A stretch of 12,271 nucleotides of DNA from Bdellovibrionales bacterium (lineage in GTDB: Bacteria > Bdellovibrionota > Bdellovibrionia > Bdellovibrionales > UBA840), in the NCBI GenBank assembly GCA_037969075.1, contig JBBKWS010000126.1:1-12271 (forward strand). The letters are read 5' to 3'. The notes beneath the pieces were generated by a model. The model saw only the letters and a program-made list of their open reading frames with translations. It did not search any database and was not told the origin of the DNA. A program made the translations under genes and the position numbers. Positions 1 to 6,312 of the stretch are shown piece by piece; position 1 is the first letter of the stretch; every line of letters starts with the position of its first letter.

Positions 1-93
1 TTAGCAGATACAATTATGGCTGCCGTTAAGGCTTTAGAACTATTAGCAAGCCCACTCTCTAAAAATTCAACAAAAAAGCTATCACCGCTATAG
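1..93 (+). CDS. 3' end of an upstream CDS (partial, unknown product)
   Basis: Frame 1 is open from the window edge (LADTIMAAVKALELLASPLSKNSTKKLSPL) to TAG at 91-93; too short to assign a function. Confidence 0.5.
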   Translation, partial: LADTIMAAVKALELLASPLSKNSTKKLSPL

Positions 94-174
94 GTTTTTG
101 TTATAAGAAGCATATAAAAACTGGCTTTGAAAGGCTGCAGCGACAGAGCTATATATTTTGTATCGGGAGGAATT

Positions 175-1125
175 ATGACAAAACGCAAAGTTCCAGAAAT
201 TAAACTAAAAGATTATACAGCAGGTACCAGTGACCAAAAACGTAAGTTTGCAGACGATTTGTATACTGGCCTTAAAGAATACGGGTTTATTATTCTTACT
301 GATCATAATGTAAATACAAAGCTTTTAGATAAAGCCTACTCTATGTTAAAAACATTTTATGCCTTACCTACTGAAGTTAAGGAATCTTACATCTCCCCGT
401 CTGGTAAAGGCCAACGCGGTTACACTGCCTTTGGTGAAGAACATGCAAAAGATTCTGACGTTCATGACTTAAAAGAGTTTTGGCACGTAGGAAGACAAGT
501 AAGTGAAAACCATGCGTTTAAAAAATACTACCCTGATAATATTTGGCCAGATCAACATTTAACCGAATTCAGAGAAGTATTTACCACACTTTACAATGAT
601 TTAAATGCAGCAGGTGTTGCTCTATTAACAGCTCTTTCTGAAAAGCTAGATGTACCAGAAAATTACTTTAAAGATATGGTTCACGACGGAAACTCTATCT
701 TACGACTGCTTCACTACCCTCCGATTAAAGAAGGTACAGACCCTCGTTGTATCCGTGCTGCAGCTCATGAAGATATCAACCTGATCACTCTATTAGTGGC
801 AGCAACGTCATCTGGCCTACAGCTTAAAGACCGCGATGGCACTTGGCTAAATGTAGATACTGATGCTAATAATCTAATTGTGGATGCTGGGGATATGCTA
901 GCAAGAATCTGTAATGATGTAATCCCATCAACTACCCACCGTGTGATCAATACGCCTGAGGCTGGCAACTCTAGTCGTTACTCAATGCCGTTCTTTATGC
1001 ACCCGCACCCAGAAGCAACGCTAACTTGTATTCCTTCTTGCCGCGGCGAAGGTGAAAAATACGAGCCTATCTCGTCGCATGAGTTTTTGATGCAACGACT
1101 TAAAGAAATTGGGCTTACTAAGTGA
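175..1125 (+). CDS. 2OG-Fe(II) oxygenase, isopenicillin N synthase-like family
   Basis: DIOX_N-like N-terminus (KEYGFIILTDH, QRGY, DLKEFW), LRLLHYPP, HxD iron motif (AHEDINLITLL), distal His (TTHRV) and RxS 2-oxoglutarate motif (RYS). Start moved from TTG127 to ATG175 because GGGAGG (165-170) lies just upstream. Confidence 0.92.
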   Translation: MTKRKVPEIKLKDYTAGTSDQKRKFADDLYTGLKEYGFIILTDHNVNTKLLDKAYSMLKTFYALPTEVKESYISPSGKGQRGYTAFGEEHAKDSDVHDLKEFWHVGRQVSENHAFKKYYPDNIWPDQHLTEFREVFTTLYNDLNAAGVALLTALSEKLDVPENYFKDMVHDGNSILRLLHYPPIKEGTDPRCIRAAAHEDINLITLLVAATSSGLQLKDRDGTWLNVDTDANNLIVDAGDMLARICNDVIPSTTHRVINTPEAGNSSRYSMPFFMHPHPEATLTCIPSCRGEGEKYEPISSHEFLMQRLKEIGLTK

Positions 1126-1448
1126 AATATGTAATTCCAATTTTCTTAATTGTATTTTGCAAATTTTCATACGCAAAAAATGAAACTAAGACTGCAGCTG
1201 ATATTTGTTTAAAGTCAGCTACAACTTGGGCCATAAAAACAGAAGCAAAAAAAACTGGCGCGAAGGTTGACCAAATCAAGACTTCAGAAGCCAAGTCCCT
1301 AGGAAGTGGCGCTAACCTCTATCTTGCTAGTGTTTTTGTGGATGGACCTAAAACAGGCGAAAACACCCATTGGGAGATCGTGGGAGAATTTAATTTCAAT
1401 AAACATACATGCGAAATCCTGGTAGGAAAAAGCTATTGGGCTCACTAG
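1122..1448 (+). CDS. small secreted hypothetical protein
   Basis: GTG start overlaps the upstream TGA stop (GTGA); Sec-type signal peptide MKYVIPIFLIVFCKFSYA; two Cys in the mature part; no recognised family. Confidence 0.75.
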   Translation: MKYVIPIFLIVFCKFSYAKNETKTAADICLKSATTWAIKTEAKKTGAKVDQIKTSEAKSLGSGANLYLASVFVDGPKTGENTHWEIVGEFNFNKHTCEILVGKSYWAH

Positions 1449-1592
1449 CAGATTAAACTATAAACGCATACGCTACCCTTACTTAATTACAAACCTGTAT
1501 ATTCTATTTTCAGTAGCAACAGTCCTTGCTCGCAGTTCATACGCTTCAAGTCGTACATAATAGCTATTGAACCACAATTCCTCTAGTAATTA

Positions 1593-1609
1593 CTGGCACT
1601 TAGTTTGCT
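1593..1609 (+). promoter_or_regulatory. sigma54 (RpoN) -24/-12 promoter
   Basis: CTGGCAC-TTAGT-TTGCT matches the YTGGCAC-N5-TTGCW consensus with exact GG/GC spacing; intergenic, about 38 nt upstream of ATG1647. Confidence 0.8.
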
Positions 1610-1646
1610 TACTAAGTACCTATACGTTTCACCTGTAAGGAAAAAT

Positions 1647-2105
1647 ATGAACGCAAAAGTGATTTTATCTAGCCTCGTTTTTTTAGCACAATTCATTGCT
1701 ACAATCACTATTGCTCAAGAAGAGGAAGTGACTACACTACCTACCGAAACGATAATTTTTGAGGACACAGCAAAAGAACCTGAGATCATCATCAATCAAC
1801 ATAAAGCAGATTGTGATAAGGCTGTAAACACGTATGAATTGCAATTTCATTTGATGGTGCAAGCAAAAGTGGACAAAGAAACCGCGAATAACGATCTTAA
1901 TAACGCCAATCCATTATATTTTTTTAGTAGAGGCGCTAACGCTAGAGCCGTTAAAGCCAATCAAGAACTCTTTGACGAAGCTTCTAAAAATGTAGAGACC
2001 GCTCTGGCCACTATTTATAGTACTTGTGGTCCAAGTGCAGTCGATTACATAAAAGAAGTTGAGCTAAGCGTATTGAATTTCTTTAATAAAATAGAGTCCA
2101 ACTAA
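1647..2105 (+). CDS. secreted hypothetical protein, probably helical
   Basis: SD AAGGA (1637-1641) before ATG1647; the TTG1605 start in the ORF track lies inside the sigma54 motif; signal peptide MNAKVILSSLVFLAQFIATITIA followed by an acidic mature N-terminus; two Cys. Confidence 0.8.
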   Translation: MNAKVILSSLVFLAQFIATITIAQEEEVTTLPTETIIFEDTAKEPEIIINQHKADCDKAVNTYELQFHLMVQAKVDKETANNDLNNANPLYFFSRGANARAVKANQELFDEASKNVETALATIYSTCGPSAVDYIKEVELSVLNFFNKIESN

Positions 2106-2992
2106 TCTAAACACGCCCTGATATTACCTGCGACCTTATCAAACCAAGTAAAATAGGTATCTGTTTCAGATATTCCCGCCTCAGCTGGCACTTGTACCCA
2201 CTTTAAATTTTTTGGAAATATTTTTTTCGTCTGTTCAATCTGCGCCGAAGAAAACCCTGTATCATAAACTATGCACTTAATATCTTTTTCAGCGATAGCT
2301 GTTAATAGCCTCTTAATATGTATCGGACCTGGGCTTACTCCATGTGCCGATTCAACTTGATTAACAACCTTTAACCCAAAGTTAGTAGCAAAATACTCTA
2401 AACTTTCATGATAGGTAATTAGGTTTTTATTCTTAAGTTTTGCAAATTCATTTTTCCAAAACATATCTTTTTCTTTTACAGTTTTAATAAAGGCCGTAGA
2501 TCTTGCACCAATCTCATCTTTGTAGTCAGGGTATAACTTAATTAACTCTACCTGTAAGGCACTTATAAAATCCAATACTGCCGCTGGAGACTGCAAAAAG
2601 TGAGGGTTAAAACGGTTGTGTTTATGACTGTGATCATGGCCACCCATAGCTATAGGGGATTTTATTTTTTGAGAAGTGTAAAATACGCTAGCATCTGCCG
2701 CAGAAGTTTTAAGTAACTTATCAAGCCAAGACGTTTCTAGATCAAATCCAATCGCCACAAACAGCTTTGCCTTCTTAGCAAGGAGTATGTGTTTTGTGTC
2801 TATTTCTAAATGATGTGGATCCTGTTCTTTTTGCGCAAGGGATTCAACTGCAATCGCTGAAGGTAAAATTTCTTTTACAATGGATTTTAGAGTTGCAGTG
2901 GTTGTCACCACTACTGATTTATCACTAGCAAAGCCCGGCTTTGCTAACAATAGTAAGAAAACACTACATGTCTTTATCTTGTTCAGAATCAA
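2102..2992 (-). CDS. Zn/Mn ABC transporter substrate-binding protein (ZnuA/TroA, cluster A-I)
   Basis: Signal peptide; VVTTT; DPH, NPH and YHxxxxYF metal-ligand motifs; His-rich loop GGHDHSHKH; TTG start with SD AGAGGTG 7 nt upstream, inside scpB. Confidence 0.88.
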   Translation of the reverse strand: MILNKIKTCSVFLLLLAKPGFASDKSVVVTTTATLKSIVKEILPSAIAVESLAQKEQDPHHLEIDTKHILLAKKAKLFVAIGFDLETSWLDKLLKTSAADASVFYTSQKIKSPIAMGGHDHSHKHNRFNPHFLQSPAAVLDFISALQVELIKLYPDYKDEIGARSTAFIKTVKEKDMFWKNEFAKLKNKNLITYHESLEYFATNFGLKVVNQVESAHGVSPGPIHIKRLLTAIAEKDIKCIVYDTGFSSAQIEQTKKIFPKNLKWVQVPAEAGISETDTYFTWFDKVAGNIRACLD

Positions 2993-4181
2993 AATCGAAC
3001 ACCTCTAAAGACTCTTCAGTAGCGTCTTCTGTAAAAGCGATTTCATTGATATTATCACTTACCGGTGCACTTGCAATTTCCTCGCTAGCTTGCTCCGTAG
3101 TTTCTGCTATAGCTTCTACTTTAGCCAACTCAAGTTTGTCAGCTTCCGTTTGGTTATAACGATCTAACCAGTTACGGTCTCTCGAAGAAACTGATTCACC
3201 AAACTCGATGGCCTCCATAATTTCTTTGGCCTTTTCGGTATTCAAGCGATCTTTCTCACGCTTCTTTTCTTCTTCAAAAAATGCTGTGGTTGTGTCAATT
3301 TCTTGTAATTTTTCAGTGATCTTAGAAAGCTCTTCTTCACTTTCAGAATACGTATGTCCTTGCGCAAGACCTAAGTTTTCAGAAACATCTGATAGAGTTT
3401 CTTTTTCTTCTTTGGTCTCTTCTCCGATACCCTCTGGAATCAGTTGGTCAATTTCATTAAGAGATGGAAGCTCCCCGATGTTACGAAGACCAAAAATTTG
3501 TAAGAAATTTTTAGTGGTACCATATAGCATTGGCTTACCTGGTAAATCTGATTTGCCCACAAAGTTAATAAGTCTTCTGTCCATTAGAGCACGCATCAAG
3601 TGGCCTGACTCTACCCCGCGTATTTGATCCACTTCATTTTTAACAAGAGGTTGCTTATAGGCTACAATGGCTAAAGTCTCAAGTGCTGGCCCCGAAACTC
3701 TGAATGGACGAGATTTATGTAAACGCTTAAGATATTCGCCGTTGTCCACCTTTGTACGCAACTGATAACCGCCTTGTACTTCTTCTAAGCTTACACCGCG
3801 CTTTGCGCCAGCATATTCGATAGCTAAATTCTCTAAGGCTTTTTTAATTTTTACTGTTTTTACCGTAGTACCAATAAAGATTTGTTTAATCGTAGATATA
3901 CTAACAGCCTTTTCGGATGAAAAAAGTAAACTCTCAATAATAGATTCAACTCTTTCATCTTCGATGAATTCAGTTTCTTCTATATCCGCTGCTTCGAAAG
4001 TATCAAGCTCAGTGCCTTCACTGATACTTGTAAGCTCCATCTCTTCTTGCTCTGGATCTATAGTTTCGGATGCTTCGACCTCTTCGTCTTCCCAATAGGC
4101 TTTTGAAAGAGCTAGCTCTTTCTCGTCGAACTCTTCTTCTAACATTGGAACTTCATCTTCTAAGTCTTTTTTCTTCATCAC
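2964..4181 (-). CDS. scpB: SMC-Scp complex subunit ScpB with long acidic N- and C-terminal extensions
   Basis: Core motifs IESLLF, GGYQLRT, ALETLAIVAYKQP, IRGV, PGKPMLYGTTKNFLQIFGL, ELP; directly downstream of scpA; start is GTG4181 or ATG4178 behind AGGGG. Confidence 0.95.
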   Translation of the reverse strand: MMKKKDLEDEVPMLEEEFDEKELALSKAYWEDEEVEASETIDPEQEEMELTSISEGTELDTFEAADIEETEFIEDERVESIIESLLFSSEKAVSISTIKQIFIGTTVKTVKIKKALENLAIEYAGAKRGVSLEEVQGGYQLRTKVDNGEYLKRLHKSRPFRVSGPALETLAIVAYKQPLVKNEVDQIRGVESGHLMRALMDRRLINFVGKSDLPGKPMLYGTTKNFLQIFGLRNIGELPSLNEIDQLIPEGIGEETKEEKETLSDVSENLGLAQGHTYSESEEELSKITEKLQEIDTTTAFFEEEKKREKDRLNTEKAKEIMEAIEFGESVSSRDRNWLDRYNQTEADKLELAKVEAIAETTEQASEEIASAPVSDNINEIAFTEDATEESLEVFDFDSEQDKDM

Positions 4182-4192
4182 TATCGCCCCTA

Positions 4193-5185
4193 CTAAACCG
4201 ATTCGATACTATCTTCTGTTTCAATTAAATTTAATTCTTTTTCGGCCTGCAAAATATCATCATCTGTCGCAGCATCTTCAATAAAACCTTCATCAGTGGC
4301 ATCCTCTTTTAGGCTGCCTGATACGCGGTCACTCACTTCGATCTCGTTAAGCTCTGCAGACTCATCATTTAAATAGTTTTGTTCTTCAAGAGTCAATTGA
4401 CCACTCGAATTGAAGTTAATAGGTTTATCTTCAACCTGCTCATATTCCACTACTTGCGAAATAATATCACCAGTTACTATTTTTTTAGGTTCTAAGTAAA
4501 GTGGACCATAAGCTTCATCTTGAAATAAATTTACATAACCCAGCTTACCTAGTTCTAAAGAAGAAATAAAAGTAATGATCCAACGTCTGAGCTCAATCAC
4601 TTCGTTTTCAAAAAACTCTTTAATCTCTACTCTCTGTCCCGGAACCAAGCGATTACTCATTTCAAGAATACGTGACGCTATAGATTGTAAATTGATAGAC
4701 ACCCTATGGGTCGCTTTATTGGCTTTTTTAACAACTCCGCGGTAAGCTTTAATCAGGGCAAACAGTGCATTGTCTTCTATTAATAAGTCACCTTCGTCGC
4801 CTTCAAAATCTTCTCTTAACCCACGTGCCCAAATATCACGTCCTAAAAGAGGGCGTTCATAGAGTTGTTTTCCGGCCTCTTGAAACTTTTGATACTCTAG
4901 CAGACGCTGTACTAGTGGCTTTCTAGGATCTTCTTGCGCTTCAACTTCCCCGTCATCGGTGTAATTTGGAAGTAACATCTTGGCTTTAATTTGAATTAGG
5001 GTGGCTGCCATAGCAATAAAATCACCGGCTTGCTCTAGATCTACACTTTGTAGTTGCTTTACATACTCAAGATATTGGTGGGTAATTTTATGTATAGGAA
5101 TATCATATATATCCATCTCTTCTTTACGGATAAGATAAAGCAATAAACCTAAGGGTCCTTCAAATTGATCCAACTGTATTTGCAT
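4193..5185 (-). CDS. scpA: segregation and condensation protein A (kleisin) with acidic C-terminal tail
   Basis: FEGPLxLLLYLIRKEEMDIYDIPI, AGDFIAMAATLIQIKAKMLLP, LVQRLLEY, and C-terminal winged helix (TFISSLEL...FQDEAYGPLYL). Confidence 0.95.
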   Translation of the reverse strand: MQIQLDQFEGPLGLLLYLIRKEEMDIYDIPIHKITHQYLEYVKQLQSVDLEQAGDFIAMAATLIQIKAKMLLPNYTDDGEVEAQEDPRKPLVQRLLEYQKFQEAGKQLYERPLLGRDIWARGLREDFEGDEGDLLIEDNALFALIKAYRGVVKKANKATHRVSINLQSIASRILEMSNRLVPGQRVEIKEFFENEVIELRRWIITFISSLELGKLGYVNLFQDEAYGPLYLEPKKIVTGDIISQVVEYEQVEDKPINFNSSGQLTLEEQNYLNDESAELNEIEVSDRVSGSLKEDATDEGFIEDAATDDDILQAEKELNLIETEDSIESV

Positions 5186-5231
5186 TCTACTTGTCCCCCC
5201 AAGGACGTATAATAGCCATCAAATCAAGAGC

Positions 5232-5255
5232 CAGGACATCTTTCAAGACATCTTT
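5232..5255. repeat. tandem 12-bp direct repeat upstream of scpA
   Basis: CAGGACATCTTT CAAGACATCTTT (11/12 identical) in the 102-bp gap between the site-2 protease gene and scpA. Confidence 0.6.
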
Positions 5256-5287
5256 AATTTCTGCCAAAAAAACAAGCGATAAAAAAC

Positions 5288-5947
5288 TCATAGAAGGGTC
5301 CTCTCAAATATACCTATCAAAAAGTGAGACGACCAAACAATTGGGTAGCGTAAAAGTGACAGCACACCGCCTACAAATAATAAAAGTAATAAGATGCTTA
5401 GCATTTGTTGATGTTGCTCTAATTTATGATTGATATGCGCGGGTAAAAATCTAGCTAGGACTTTGCCGCCATCGAGGGGATGTATTGGGATTAAATTAAA
5501 AAATGCTAAAGCTAAATTAATATGAATAAATACCGTCAGTAAGTTCATTGCTGCCGATTGATATTGCCAGCCTGCCAAGTGACCAAAAACCATTACTAAT
5601 GAAAAGGCTCCCACAGTTGCCAATAAAACATTGGACAGCGGGCCTGCTAAAGCGATCCAAAACATGTCTACTCTGACATTTTTTAAATTTCTGGTGTTTA
5701 CCGGCACAGGGTTAGCCCAACCAAAAAACACTGGTAGGCCCGTTATAATTACCATTAGTGGCAATATAAATGTGCCCACTGGGTCAGCATGTACCATTGG
5801 GTTTAAACTCAACCTACCCATGGTTTTGGCTGTATCATCCCCCAGCTTTAGGGCGACCCATCCATGCGCAACCTCATGAAAACACAACGAAAAAAGGAAT
5901 GGTATAAAGTATAATCCTATTTTCGACGCTATCTCTAAAAAATCCAT
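5288..5947 (-). CDS. site-2 protease family (M50) intramembrane zinc metalloprotease
   Basis: HExxH (HEVAHG), GRLSLNP..HADPVG, ALAGPLSN, and NLIPIHPLDGG (NxxPxxxLDG); several hydrophobic segments. Confidence 0.95.
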   Translation of the reverse strand: MDFLEIASKIGLYFIPFLFSLCFHEVAHGWVALKLGDDTAKTMGRLSLNPMVHADPVGTFILPLMVIITGLPVFFGWANPVPVNTRNLKNVRVDMFWIALAGPLSNVLLATVGAFSLVMVFGHLAGWQYQSAAMNLLTVFIHINLALAFFNLIPIHPLDGGKVLARFLPAHINHKLEQHQQMLSILLLLLFVGGVLSLLRYPIVWSSHFLIGIFERTLL

Positions 5948-5953
5948 GTGTTA

Positions 5954-5982
5954 AACCTAGCTTAGGCCATTACAAGAGTCCA
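5954..5982 (-). promoter_or_regulatory. putative sigma70 promoter of the site-2 protease-scpAB cluster
   Basis: Minus strand TGGACT-17 nt-TAGGTT, ending 6 nt before the ATG. Confidence 0.4.
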
Positions 5983-6189
5983 CTTTTTAAAGGAGATGGC
6001 TTCGGAATCTGATGTTGTCAAAATTACAGGCTCAACTGTATCCTTTTCAGACTGGTGTCTTTTAGCTACTTTTTATAAATACTTTAAATTATAACCTGTC
6101 CTTTGGTTCTTTAAATGACAATTTTTGGCTCGCATGCCGCGTATCGTGCACCTTGTTTCTCTCAAGTCTCATTAATAACACAGAGACAG

Positions 6190-6205
6190 TGGTATCAGCC
6201 TTGCA
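6190..6205 (+). promoter_or_regulatory. sigma54 (RpoN) -24/-12 promoter
   Basis: TGGTAT-CAGCC-TTGCA: invariant GG (6191-6192) and GC (6203-6204) at canonical spacing; AT-rich melting region follows; predicted start about 6216-6218. Confidence 0.65.
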
Positions 6206-6216
6206 TTTAAATAGTT

Positions 6217-6290
6217 TAACCCCCCAAGAGGCGGTTAGCCCACGTCCCCCCCTTTAGTTGGCTAGCCGCTTCGACTTTCTTCTCCCCCTC
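6217..6290 (+). ncRNA. candidate C-rich small RNA (or structured leader) downstream of the sigma54 promoter
   Basis: 13-bp stem GAGGCGGUUAGCC (6228-6240)/GGCUAGCCGCUUC (6260-6272) with two G-U pairs that form only on the + strand; loop contains GUCCCCCCCUUUA; extra C tracts at 6220-6225 and 6282-6290; no meaningful ORF. Ends are approximate. Confidence 0.55.
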
Positions 6291-6312
6291 TATAAAAAAT
6301 CAATATCAAAGA

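Noticed and set aside
121..139. CTGGCTTTGAAAGGCTGCA as a sigma54 promoter for the oxygenase
   Set aside because: GG-to-GC spacing is off canonical; sigma54 spacing is strict.
765..968. - strand 67-aa ORF
   Set aside because: Antisense to the conserved catalytic region of the oxygenase.
175..1125. Beta-lactam or other secondary-metabolite cluster
   Set aside because: The enzyme retains the 2OG-binding RxS motif and no ACV synthetase, NRPS or tailoring genes are in the window.
2941..3627. + strand ORFs 2941-3159 and 3208-3627
   Set aside because: Ser-rich antisense shadows of Glu-rich scpB; no RBS or protein-like features.
2964..5185. Wadjet/MksBEF-type defence system
   Set aside because: Sequences carry housekeeping ScpA/ScpB motifs; no adjacent SMC-like ATPase or JetD/MksG nuclease.
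5191..5879. + strand ORFs 5191-5433 and 5631-5879
   Set aside because: Overlap the site-2 protease antisense; TTG starts without SD; no motifs.
6195..6290. Minus-strand reading of the C-rich element as G-rich SDs for leader peptides
   Set aside because: The following starts give only 2-3 codon ORFs (GTG GGC TAA; ATG CAA GGC TGA), and the hairpin has A-C mismatches on that strand.
6217..6290. tRNA, CRISPR repeat or known riboswitch (cobalamin, c-di-GMP)
   Set aside because: No cloverleaf, no repeat-spacer array, and no B12 box or GEMM core recognisable by eye; an Rfam search is still needed.
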